The notes below the pieces were generated by a model. That model ran no database searches. It saw only the letters and a program-made list of their open reading frames with translations, and was not told the DNA's origin. From positions 1-64,000 of the forward strand of contig CAWANH010000017.1 in assembly GCA_963783375.1 (NCBI GenBank): DNA of 64,000 nucleotides, given 5' to 3'. This DNA comes from Candidatus Eiseniibacteriota bacterium (GTDB taxonomy: Bacteria; Eisenbacteria; RBG-16-71-46; JABDJR01). Position numbers and translations under genes: made by a program. This document shows, piece by piece, positions 18,050 to 26,772 of this stretch (position 1 is the stretch's first letter; every line of letters begins with the position of its first letter).

Positions 18050-20110
18050 TCAGCCCAGCGCCCGCGCGATCCGCACCAGCTCCGCCACCGTCCAGGCCTG
18101 GGCGGGGCAGCCCTTGGGGGCGAACGGCGAGTCGCCGTCGAAGACCTCCGACGCCTGGCCGAGGCACGCCTCGCCCAGGTGCTCCACCCACCCGGCGAGC
18201 ACCCGTCGCGCCTCCGCGCGCCCCGCCTCGCCCTCGAACCGGAGCACCGCGTCCAGGTACGGTCCATGCAGCCACCCCCACACCGTTCCCTGGTGGTAGG
18301 CGCCGTCCCGGGTCCGCCGGTCGCCGCCGTAGTGCCCCCGGTACGCCGGGTCAGCCGGATCGAGGGACCGAAGCCCCCGCGGGGTGAGGAGCTTCTCCCG
18401 GGTGAGGGCGAGGATGCTCTGCGCCTGCTCGGGGGTGGCCAGGGGGTGGGGGAGCGACAGGGCCAGGAGCTGGTTGGGGCGGAAGCTCCAGTCGAGGCTC
18501 CCGTCGCCGCGGAGCACGTCGGCCAGGTACCCGCGCTCGGCGCCCCAGAACACCGGGAACGCCGCCTCCACCCGATCCGCCCCCTTCCGCCAGGGCTCGG
18601 GGTTCTTCCCGAGAGCGGCCTCGATCTCCTCCCCGATCCGGAGGAAGTTGAACCACAGGGCCTGGATCTCCACCGGCCGGCCGTGACGGGGGGTCACCAC
18701 CCAGTCGTCCACCTTGGCGTCCATCCAGGTGAGCTGCACTCCGGGTTCGCCGGCGGCGAGAAGGCCGTCCTCGGTGACGTGGATCCCGTGGCGGGTGCCG
18801 GTCCGGTGGCGGCGGAGGGCTTCACGGAGGGCGGGGAGCACCCCGGCCACGAACTCCAGGTCCCCGGTGGCGCGCCAGGTGTGCCGGACGGCGACCGCCA
18901 GCCACAGGGTGGCATCCACGGTGTTGTACTCGGGTTCCTCACCCTCGTCGGGGAACCGGTTGGGGATGAGGCCGTCCCGCATGTTCTCGACGAAGGTGAG
19001 GATCAGCTCCCGGGCCAGGTCCGCCCGTCCGGTGGCCAGGGTGAGGCCGGGGAGCGAGATCATGGTGTCCCGGCCCCAGTCGGTGAACCAGGGATAGCCC
19101 GCGATCACCGTGTTCTTCCCGCCCCGGCGGACCAGGAACTGGTCGGCGGCGAGGGCCAGGGATTGAAGCCCCGGAACGTCTTCGAGGAAGTCCAGCCGGA
19201 GGGCTTCGCGGCGCGCGAGTTCCTTCGCTCGGAGCGCGTCGTACGCCCCCGGTGATTCGGCGGTGGCGCTGGGATCGGGGGTGGGGCCGGCGCCGGGGGT
19301 GAGGCCCGCATTGGAGGTGAGGCCGGGATCGGGGGTGGCGCCGGCGCGGATCCAGGCCGGGCGGCCGGGCGTGAGCCGTAGTGCGAACTCCCCGGGGACC
19401 CAGAGATCCTCGCGGTCGGGAAGCCCGCGGGAGGTCTCTACCGGGAGCGCTTCGTCCAGCACCCAGATCGAGTCCGGGGTGAACCGCGCGCCCGGGGCGT
19501 GGATGTGGAGCACCGGGTCCTCGCCGCGAAAGCGGATGGCCACCCGGTCCTCGCCGCGCTGCTCCAACCGGCCGTCGTCGGCGCGTCGGACCACCGCGTG
19601 GTGATCCCGGAAGGCGAGCAGGGGGCGAACCCCCAGCTCCAACGGCTCGGGCCCCTGCCAGGTGTAGGAGAGGATCACGTCCCCCACGCCGTGGACCAGA
19701 AAGAGCTCGCGCACCAGCCGGCCGCCGGGGATCTCGTAGGTCCACCGGGGGAAGGGACGCGCCTCGAAGCGCGCCAGGTGGCGGTAGCCCTCGGGTTGTA
19801 TCACGTCGGGATAGCGGTGGGTGCTCAACCAGAGGTCTCCGTCCGGCCGGACCACCCGCTCGTCGATCGAGGCCCAGAGGACCATCCGCCCCAGGGGCGG
19901 GTGGACCGCCGGGTTCAGGATGGCGTGGTAGCAGCGCGTGTTGGCCAGGGCCACGGTGGAGGAGGAGAACCCGCCGAGGCCGTCGGCCTCCAGCCACTCC
20001 AGCTCGAGCGCCTTCTCTCCGGTGTCCGGGCCGGGGATGAACACGGTGGGGTCGGGGCGGCCCAGGCCGATGGCGCGGTCCTCGGGGTGCCCGATAGGGG
20101 ATGGGGTCAT
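18050..20110 (-). CDS. Glycogen debranching enzyme (amylo-alpha-1,6-glucosidase, GDE_N + GDE_C)
   Basis: EWLEADGLGGFSS, IAGYPWFTDWGRDTMISLPGL, LTWMDAK, YHQGTVW and QAWTVAE; start moved to ATG 20110. Confidence 0.93.
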   Translation of the reverse strand: MTPSPIGHPEDRAIGLGRPDPTVFIPGPDTGEKALELEWLEADGLGGFSSSTVALANTRCYHAILNPAVHPPLGRMVLWASIDERVVRPDGDLWLSTHRYPDVIQPEGYRHLARFEARPFPRWTYEIPGGRLVRELFLVHGVGDVILSYTWQGPEPLELGVRPLLAFRDHHAVVRRADDGRLEQRGEDRVAIRFRGEDPVLHIHAPGARFTPDSIWVLDEALPVETSRGLPDREDLWVPGEFALRLTPGRPAWIRAGATPDPGLTSNAGLTPGAGPTPDPSATAESPGAYDALRAKELARREALRLDFLEDVPGLQSLALAADQFLVRRGGKNTVIAGYPWFTDWGRDTMISLPGLTLATGRADLARELILTFVENMRDGLIPNRFPDEGEEPEYNTVDATLWLAVAVRHTWRATGDLEFVAGVLPALREALRRHRTGTRHGIHVTEDGLLAAGEPGVQLTWMDAKVDDWVVTPRHGRPVEIQALWFNFLRIGEEIEAALGKNPEPWRKGADRVEAAFPVFWGAERGYLADVLRGDGSLDWSFRPNQLLALSLPHPLATPEQAQSILALTREKLLTPRGLRSLDPADPAYRGHYGGDRRTRDGAYHQGTVWGWLHGPYLDAVLRFEGEAGRAEARRVLAGWVEHLGEACLGQASEVFDGDSPFAPKGCPAQAWTVAELVRIARALG
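19254..19343. repeat. In-frame 5 x 18-bp tandem repeat in the GDE linker
   Basis: Units at 19254, 19272, 19290, 19308 and 19326; encode GATPDP/GLTSNA/GLTPGA/GPTPDP/SATAES. Confidence 0.8.
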
Positions 20111-20206
20111 GGCGGCGTCCTCGATTCGGTTGCGGTTCCGGCCGGTGCGCGGCCCTCGGGTGGAGTGTACCCGGGCGTCCGCCCGCGGTCGCGGTCGGGT
20201 TGGCCA

Positions 20207-20469
20207 GGGCGGGGACACGGATGCTTCCCCGGGGAAGCAATGTTCGCAATAAAGGACGTTCCCCCGGGGACACACCAGAGCCGGTCCCGGTGCGCCCCCC
20301 GCGGATGCGCACCCGGGTACACCATGTTCGCACGATGTGCACCCGGGGAAGGCGTGGCGCGAAACGGCCCCGCGGACGCTCAGCCGTCGGGCGCTCGAGC
20401 GGCCCGGGTTCCAGCGGAGCCGCGGGCGGGGACACGGATGCTTCCCCGGGGAAGCAATGTTCGCAATAA
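20207..20469. repeat. Two identical 46-bp repeats with a perfect 18-bp palindrome, plus degenerate copies between them
   Basis: 20207-20252 equals 20424-20469; core TGCTTCCCCGGGGAAGCA. Confidence 0.9.
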
Positions 20470-20604
20470 GGGTAGCGCCAACGGTCCCGCGCCCCCCCCC
20501 CCCGGCCGCCGAGCGGCGGCGCTTCCAATCCTCCCGGAAGCCAGTATCATCCTTCGGGTGGAAGCCCGAGCCGATCCCGACTCCAACCCCGATGGAGGTG
20601 ACCC

Positions 20605-20964
20605 ATGCCGGCATCGATACCGAACGCAATTCGCGACCGGATTCGTAGTAGCTACCGCGGAGGCGATCTGGGCTGCGAGCGACTCCTCGCCCTTCTCGAC
20701 CACCGGGTGAGCCCCGGGGCGATGCGGGCGCGGAACGCGCTCGCCCGCCGGCTGGCCGAATCGGGTGGACACCGGAACCTGGCCGCCCACACCGAGGGGA
20801 GCCGGGACGGCACCCAGCACTTCACGATCTTCATCGACAACCGGGGCTACCACCTGCGCCTGGACGGCGGCGGGAACGTCTTCCAGATCACCGATCCCCA
20901 GGGGCGGGATCTGGGCATCGTCGAACCGTGGGTGGCCCCGGGAAGCGCACCCCCCAAGCGGTAG
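20605..20964 (+). CDS. Hypothetical protein (119 aa)
   Basis: Strong GGAGGTGA RBS; host-like codons; no family recognised. Confidence 0.7.
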   Translation: MPASIPNAIRDRIRSSYRGGDLGCERLLALLDHRVSPGAMRARNALARRLAESGGHRNLAAHTEGSRDGTQHFTIFIDNRGYHLRLDGGGNVFQITDPQGRDLGIVEPWVAPGSAPPKR

Positions 20965-20984
20965 GCCATCGCGAAGAATGCGGG

Positions 20985-21157
20985 GTGTAGCGTCCGGCGG
21001 TCCCCGCCGGCCCATCGCGCGCCCCCGAATCAGCGAGCCGCGGAATTCCGGCGCTCCGCGCCCTACTTCGCTCGAACGCTCCCCGCCGCGTCTGACCGCG
21101 CCCTACTTCGCGCGAACGCCCCCCGTCGCGCGCGACCGCGCCCGATCGCGCTACACT
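20985..21157. repeat. REP-like intergenic element with inverted ends GTGTAGCG/CGCTACAC and internal 40-bp tandem units
   Basis: CCCTACTTCGC.CGAACGC.CCCCG at 21061 and 21101. Confidence 0.55.
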
Positions 21158-21197
21158 GATCGTCCCGTCCCGGCCTCTCCCGTCCGGGAGCATCGAC

Positions 21198-21590
21198 ATG
21201 CACGGCACCACCCACGTGGAGCGCGGCCACCACGCCGAGACCCTCGCCGCCGCCTACCTCGCCCTCATGGGCTACGGGATCCTGGAGCGGAACTTTCGCT
21301 ACAGCCGACTCGAAGTCGACGTCATCGCCCGCCGCGACAACCTCCTGGTCTTCGTGGAGGTCAAGTTCCGCGAGCGCCCGCGAAAGGGGGGCGCGGTCGG
21401 TGCGGTGAACCGCGCCAAGCAGCTCGACGTGGAGACCGCGGCGGTGGGCTACGTCCGGTTGAAGCAGCTGTCGGGAGTGCGCATCCGCTTCGACGTGATC
21501 GCGGTGGAACCGGTCCGAGGCTCCGGCGCCTCGATCCTCATCCGCCACATTCCCGGCGCCTTTCCGGCCAGCGGACGGTACCGGATGTAG
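21198..21590 (+). CDS. yraN: YraN / UPF0102 family endonuclease-like protein
   Basis: GY.ILERNFR, EVDVIA, LVFVEVK.R and RFDVIAV motifs. Confidence 0.93.
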   Translation: MHGTTHVERGHHAETLAAAYLALMGYGILERNFRYSRLEVDVIARRDNLLVFVEVKFRERPRKGGAVGAVNRAKQLDVETAAVGYVRLKQLSGVRIRFDVIAVEPVRGSGASILIRHIPGAFPASGRYRM

Positions 21591-21599
21591 GCGCGGCGG

Positions 21600-21737
21600 C
21601 CGGGGGGGGCGGGCGAATGCGGGATCCCAGCGTACGACTCCGCGGGAGGCGGGCAAGAGTACGATCCCGGCGCTTGTCTCCGCGGGGGGGCGGGCGAAGG
21701 CGCGATCCCGGCGTTTGCCTCCGGGCGGCGGGCGGGT
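21600..21737. repeat. About three degenerate ~40-bp tandem units (G-tract GCGGGC.A....GATCCC.GCG....CTCCG)
   Basis: Read directly; no unique spacers. Confidence 0.65.
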
Positions 21738-21798
21738 ACCCCGGGGCAAGATGAGCGAACGGCGTCACGCCTCCGTGGGCGGCCGGCCACTCCAAGTC

Positions 21799-21992
21799 AA
21801 AAAAAAGCGACCGGCGCCAGTCTCCCCGCGTGCGGCCGTGGGAGCCGGCCGTTCGAATCCGATTCAAAGGTGGGTCCGGGTGGGACTTCCCGACATGCGG
21901 GAGAGGCAACCAGGTCCCAAAATCGGTGTGTTGACTCGAACGACTGGATTCCTCACGGTCCGGGCAGGGAGACTGCCGACGGCCGCGAACAC
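21799..21992 (-). ncRNA. ssrS: 6S RNA-like rod-shaped ncRNA
   Basis: About 190 nt; 5' GCGGCCGTCGGCAGTCTCCCTGC pairs with 3' GCGGGGAGACTGGCGCCGGTCGC; inner stem GTCGTTCGAGTC/GATTCGAACGGC; central bubble; apical stems; ends in U8. Confidence 0.7.
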
Positions 21993-22002
21993 CATGCCCT
22001 AC

Positions 22003-22019
22003 TGCAGGCTCAGTGCCAA
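22003..22019 (-). promoter_or_regulatory. Sigma54 (-24/-12) promoter for the 6S-like RNA
   Basis: Minus strand TTGGCACTGAGCCTGCA = GG-N10-GC; predicted +1 near 21992, just before the terminal stem. Confidence 0.65.
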
Positions 22020-22166
22020 AACCCTCAACGGATTATCTGTCATCTTCTAGCGCCTTGTGGCATCCTGATATAGCAATTCGAGATCCTGAATCCGTTCACG
22101 TCCGGACGGCCCGTTCCCCTTCCCCCTCCCGCTCCGGGTGATCACTTTGCAACCGGACACTGCACA

Positions 22167-22658
22167 ATGCTCGACCGCCTGCTCGAACATCCGGTGGTGG
22201 CCCTCGGGTTCATCGTCATCGTGGTCTTCATGGCCGGGTTCTATCTCATGAACCGGGAGCGGGCCAAGGTGGCCAGGATGCGGGGGCCGACACGCTTCCA
22301 GCCGGACTGGGGCCGCACCTCCCCCACGGGCCGGAGGCGGCGCCGTCGCCGCGCCGGGAGCTTCAGCCCGGAGTGGAACCGGAAATCCCGGACCGCCCCC
22401 GGGGCGTCCGCCCGCGACTCCGCCTCCGAACCGGGCTCCGACCCAACCCCTGGCCCGGCCTCCACCCCGACGCCTGACCTCACCCCCCCCGCCGAGCCGG
22501 CAGGGGTCACGCCGCACGGTCCCGTTTCCGCATCCCGGGTGGAATCGGCCGGGGGAGAAAAGGCGGATCCCCCGGAGTCGGGCGGAGAGGCCTCGGAGGG
22601 CCGGACACCGGGATCCGGGGAGCGGAAAGCGCCAAACGGCGGCACATCCGGCAGCTAG
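22167..22658 (+). CDS. Hypothetical single-TM protein with disordered Arg/Pro/Ser-rich tail
   Basis: One hydrophobic segment (VVALGFIVIVVFMAGFYLM) followed by a low-complexity tail. Confidence 0.6.
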   Translation: MLDRLLEHPVVALGFIVIVVFMAGFYLMNRERAKVARMRGPTRFQPDWGRTSPTGRRRRRRRAGSFSPEWNRKSRTAPGASARDSASEPGSDPTPGPASTPTPDLTPPAEPAGVTPHGPVSASRVESAGGEKADPPESGGEASEGRTPGSGERKAPNGGTSGS

Positions 22659-22947
22659 CTCCCCTCCGGCGACCCGGGGGACCCTCCCCGAAGTGGTTCC
22701 GGCGGCCCCGCCACCGGGTAGGTGCTTTCCACTTTGGCGTATCCGTTTCCACATTCCTAACCCATCCCTTTACAACGACTTAACAACTACAATGCCGAGG
22801 GCTGCGGAATCACCGGCCCGAGGCTTCCCAGTTCGCCCGGCGCCGGCGGGGAAATCCCCGGGAACCGGTTCCCGCCCCGAGGGCACAACCCATTGTCAAC
22901 AAGCAGGTTGAAGCGGTCCATCGGGCGTAGGTTCTGAGGCGGAATAA

Positions 22948-22963
22948 TGGCCCCGAACTTGCT
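22948..22963 (+). promoter_or_regulatory. Sigma54 (-24/-12) promoter for a putative sRNA
   Basis: TGGCCCCGAACTTGCT = GG-N10-GC with TTGC; predicted +1 near 22974. Confidence 0.7.
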
Positions 22964-22972
22964 GTATTAGTT

Positions 22973-23164
22973 ACTGAACGTGGTTGCGAGACCCACGTTG
23001 CGAGAGACAAGCAAGGCACTGGGGTTGAGCGAGACCCAAGCGCGCTTCTCTGAGTCAACTTTGCACCTCCATCGTTCAGGGAAGACAAGCAGCAGCCATC
23101 CATCTCGTTCAGCCTTGGTAGGCGGACCCGGCGGTCGGACACACGCCGGGTCCGCCGTTTCTTT
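22973..23164 (+). ncRNA. Putative unrecognised structured sRNA (~190 nt)
   Basis: Bounded by a sigma54 motif and a terminator; lower GC than flanks; 5' CTGAACG is complementary to CGTTCAG at 23073 and 23106; repeated GCGAGA and AGACAAGCA; no credible ORF. Confidence 0.6.
23121..23164 (+). terminator. Intrinsic terminator
   Basis: 13-bp perfect stem GGCGGACCCGGCG/CGCCGGGTCCGCC followed by GTTTCTTT. Confidence 0.8.
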
Positions 23165-23455
23165 GTCCCAGTCCCTCGCCCCGGATTCCCTCCCTTTCCG
23201 ACCCTCTCATCCAGAAACTCGAAATCGGTATTTCGGCCTTCCCCGCCCCATCCCTCCATTGACCTCAAACCTAAGTCCTGTTAGCGTTTACCTCCGAAGT
23301 CCGCCGGGTTTGCCCGGTTTTCCCCCCGGCGCCTCGGGGACGGCGATCACCGGCTTCCCAGAGCATCTGCCTACGCATTCCGGGTCGCGATCGCGGCGGT
23401 TTCGCCGCCGACGTGGCCGAGTTCCGTCTGCCCGACCGTCCCCGCGTGAGGTGTC

Positions 23456-24433
23456 GTGAACAGGAACAACGTCGAGTCCCTGGTGACCGGCCTGGCCGCG
23501 CGCGACACCCTGGCCCTGGCCCGGGTCATCAGCTGGGCGGAAAACCGGGACCCGCGGATCGGCGAGGTTCTGCGGCGCGTCTACCCGGATACCGGGCGGG
23601 CGCACCGGGTCGGGGTGACCGGGCCGCCGGGAGGAGGGAAGAGCACCCTCATCGCCCGGCTCGCTCTGGTTCTGAAGGCTCATGGGGAGCGGGTGGCGGT
23701 GGTGGCGGTGGACCCGACCTCGCCGTTCAGCGGCGGGGCGCTCCTCGGCGATCGGTTCCGCATGACCGAGCTGTCCGAGGATCCCGAGATCTTCATTCGC
23801 AGCATGGCCACCCGGGGGAGCCTGGGCGGGCTGGCCGCGGCCACCGAGGAGGCGCTGGACCTCCTGGACGCCGCCGGGTTCACCTGGATCCTGGTGGAGA
23901 CGGTGGGGGTGGGGCAGATCGAGCTGGACATCGCCAACGCCACCGATACCGTGGCGGTGGTGCTGGTTCCGGAGTCCGGCGATGCCATCCAGGCCATGAA
24001 GGCCGGGCTGATGGAGATCGGCGATCTCTTCGTGGTGAACAAGGCGGACCGGGACGGGGCGGAGCGGCTGAGCGTGGATCTCGAATCCATGCTCGACCTG
24101 CGCCCCGGGCGGGACGACTGGCGGCCGCGGGTGCTGAAGACGGTGGCCATGCGGGGCGAGGGGACGGCCGAGGTGGCCGAGGCGATGGAAACCCACCGCC
24201 GCCAGGTCGCCGGAACCGGTATTCTGGAGGAACGACGGCGGCGCACCCTGAAGCATCGGCTTCTGGGCGAGGCGCGCCAGGCGCTCCTCCGGCGGGTGGA
24301 GCGGGAGAACGAGGAAGGTCTGGAACGGCTCCTGGACCGGGTGATGCGGCGGGAGATCACCCCGCACGACGCGGCCCGGGAGCTGGTGGATCTTCTGGGG
24401 AGGGGCCCGGCCGAAGCGCCGGCATCGAACTAG
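23456..24433 (+). CDS. meaB: B12-mutase-associated GTPase MeaB
   Basis: [32 protein letters not shown] and NKAD motifs. Confidence 0.95.
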   Translation: MNRNNVESLVTGLAARDTLALARVISWAENRDPRIGEVLRRVYPDTGRAHRVGVTGPPGGGKSTLIARLALVLKAHGERVAVVAVDPTSPFSGGALLGDRFRMTELSEDPEIFIRSMATRGSLGGLAAATEEALDLLDAAGFTWILVETVGVGQIELDIANATDTVAVVLVPESGDAIQAMKAGLMEIGDLFVVNKADRDGAERLSVDLESMLDLRPGRDDWRPRVLKTVAMRGEGTAEVAEAMETHRRQVAGTGILEERRRRTLKHRLLGEARQALLRRVERENEEGLERLLDRVMRREITPHDAARELVDLLGRGPAEAPASN

Positions 24434-24566
24434 CGGGTCCGGCGAAGGCGCCGGCCCCCACATTGCGGACCCGGCCACGGCGCCGGCGTCCGAACGACCG
24501 CCGCGACTCGCGCGGCCGGCCCCGAAAGAGAAGACCGGCGACGCCCGCGCGTCATTGGAGACCTTC

Positions 24567-26228
24567 ATGGACCTCGGACATCTTCGCCAACAGCAGGAGC
24601 GCTGGAAGGCCCGGGCCGCGGAACGCAGCCAGGACCGGGACGCCCTCTTCGAAACCATCTCCGGGAACCCGATCGAACCCCTCTACACCCCGGCCGATCT
24701 TCCCGACTTCGACTACGAGCGCGACCTCGGTTTTCCCGGTGAGTTCCCCTATACCCGCGGCGTCCACTACAACATGTACCGGGGACGGCCCTGGACCATG
24801 CGCCAGTTCTCGGGCTACGGGTCGGCCCGGGAGACCAACGCCCGCTACCACTACCTCCTGAAGCACGGCCAGACCGGGCTTTCGGTGGCCTTCGACTTTC
24901 CGACCCTGATGGGCTACGACTCCGACAGCCCCCGCTCCCTCGGCGAGGTGGGGAAGTGCGGGGTGGCCATCGACAGCGTCCACGACATGGAGACGCTCTT
25001 CAACGGGATCCCCCTGGACCGGATCTCCACCTCCATGACCATCAACGGCCCCGCCGCGGTGCTGTTCGCGTTCTACGTGGCGGCGGCGGAGCGCCAGGGG
25101 GTGAAGCCGGCCCAGCTCCGCGGCACCCTCCAGAACGACATCCTGAAGGAATACATCGCCCAGCACGCGTGGTGTTTCCCCCCCGAGCCGGCGCTCCGGC
25201 TCATCACCGACCTCATGTCCTACACCGCCGAGCACGTTCCCCATTGGAACTCGATCTCGATCTCCGGCTACCACATCCGCGAGGCGGGCTCGACCGCGGC
25301 CCAGGAGCTGGCCTTCACCCTGGCCGACGGGTTCGAGTACGTGGAGCGGGGGATCGCGGCGGGGATGGACGTGGACGCCTTCGCCCCGCGGCTCTCCTTC
25401 TTCTGGGACTGCCACCAGGACTTCTTCGAGGAGATCGCCAAGATGCGGGCGGCCCGGCGGATCTGGGCCCGGGAGATGCGCGACCGCTATCACGCCAAGG
25501 ACCCGCGCTCCTGGCTGGTGCGCTTCCACACCCAGACCGCGGGGGTGTCCCTGACCGCGCAACAGCCCGAGAACAACATCGTGAGGACCGCGTTCGAGGC
25601 CCTGGCCGCCGTCCTGGGGGGCACCCAGTCGCTGCACACCAACGCCATGGACGAGACCCTGGCGCTCCCCACCGAGAAGTCGGCCAAGATCGCGCTACGC
25701 ACCCAGCAGATCATCGCCCACGAGCTGGGGGTGACCCACACCATCGACCCTCTCGGCGGCTCCTACTACGTGGAGGCGCTCACCAACCGGCTGGAGGCCG
25801 AGGCCTACGCCACCTTCGACAAGATCAAGACCATCGGCGGGGTGGTGCCGGGAATCGAGAAGGGCTGGTTCCAGAACGAGATCGCCCGTTCCGCCCGGCG
25901 GTACCAGGACGAGCTGGAGAAGCGGAAGCGGACCATCGTGGGGGTGAACGACTTCGTTGAGGACGGGGAAACCCTGGAGATCCCGATCCTGTACATCGAT
26001 GAGTCGAGCGAGCGGGGCCAGACCGAGGGACTGGCCCGCTTGCGGGCCGAGCGGGACGGAGCGGCGGCGGAGAAGGCCCTGGCCGATCTCCGCCGGGCCG
26101 CCGAAGGGACGGAGAACCTGATTCCCCTCATCGTCCGGTGCGCTCACGCCGAGTGCACCGAGGGGGAGATCATCGGAATGCTCAGGGGCGTGTTCGGGGA
26201 GTACCACGAGCCCGCCTACAGCTTCTAG
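24567..26228 (+). CDS. icmA: Acyl-CoA mutase large subunit, isobutyryl-CoA mutase type
   Basis: MCM-family TIM barrel without B12 domain; RQF (not RQY) and EYIAQ (not EYIAR) at the specificity positions. Start at 24555 or 24567. Confidence 0.8.
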   Translation: MDLGHLRQQQERWKARAAERSQDRDALFETISGNPIEPLYTPADLPDFDYERDLGFPGEFPYTRGVHYNMYRGRPWTMRQFSGYGSARETNARYHYLLKHGQTGLSVAFDFPTLMGYDSDSPRSLGEVGKCGVAIDSVHDMETLFNGIPLDRISTSMTINGPAAVLFAFYVAAAERQGVKPAQLRGTLQNDILKEYIAQHAWCFPPEPALRLITDLMSYTAEHVPHWNSISISGYHIREAGSTAAQELAFTLADGFEYVERGIAAGMDVDAFAPRLSFFWDCHQDFFEEIAKMRAARRIWAREMRDRYHAKDPRSWLVRFHTQTAGVSLTAQQPENNIVRTAFEALAAVLGGTQSLHTNAMDETLALPTEKSAKIALRTQQIIAHELGVTHTIDPLGGSYYVEALTNRLEAEAYATFDKIKTIGGVVPGIEKGWFQNEIARSARRYQDELEKRKRTIVGVNDFVEDGETLEIPILYIDESSERGQTEGLARLRAERDGAAAEKALADLRRAAEGTENLIPLIVRCAHAECTEGEIIGMLRGVFGEYHEPAYSF

Positions 26229-26256
26229 CCCGGGTCCGCCGGGCGAAGGACAGGCT

Positions 26257-26682
26257 ATGGAACGCAAGATACGTGTGCTGGTGGGAAAGCCCGGCCTGGA
26301 CGGACACGACCGGGGGGCCAAGGTGGTGGCGGCCGCGCTTCGCGACGCGGGGATGGAGGTGATCTACTCCGGCCTTCACCAGACCCCCGAGGCCCTGGTG
26401 AACATGGCCCTCCAGGAGGACGTGGACGTGGTTGCCCTGAGCGTGCTCTCCGGCGCCCACGTGACCCTGTTCAAGCGGGTCATGGATCTCCTGAAGGAGA
26501 AGGGGGTGGAGGACGTTCTGGTCACCGGGGGGGGCATCATCCCCGAGCAGGACATGAAGGCGCTGGCCGAGGTCGGGGTGGGGCGCCTGTTCGGTCCCGG
26601 CACCCCCACCCCGGACATCGTGGCCTACATCAAGGACTGGTTCAGTAAGTCGAAGGGCGCGGGCCAGGAGGCCGGCGCCTGA
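26257..26682 (+). CDS. Cobalamin-binding small subunit of acyl-CoA mutase
   Basis: [13 protein letters not shown] (DxHxxG), SVLSGAH and GGGIIP motifs. Confidence 0.95.
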   Translation: MERKIRVLVGKPGLDGHDRGAKVVAAALRDAGMEVIYSGLHQTPEALVNMALQEDVDVVALSVLSGAHVTLFKRVMDLLKEKGVEDVLVTGGGIIPEQDMKALAEVGVGRLFGPGTPTPDIVAYIKDWFSKSKGAGQEAGA

Positions 26683-26772
26683 CCCCTCGCGACGATCGGG
26701 TGGAGCGCGGGCCGGCGCCGCGCGCGAAACCGGCGGGCGCGAAGGGGGTACGGGCTTGAGAAGGGACGTTCG

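Noticed and set aside
20981-21060. CGGGGTGTAGCG resembles a tRNA 5' end
   Set aside because: No D-loop GG context, no TTC T-loop and no acceptor-stem partner.
22734-22790. Extra sigma54-like site (TGGCGTATCCGTTTCC) and IHF-like TTACAACGACTTA
   Set aside because: Lacks the -12 GC, and the IHF match is too degenerate to call.
22980-23459. 159-aa ORF across the putative sRNA
   Set aside because: No RBS, atypical codons, and it runs through a terminator.
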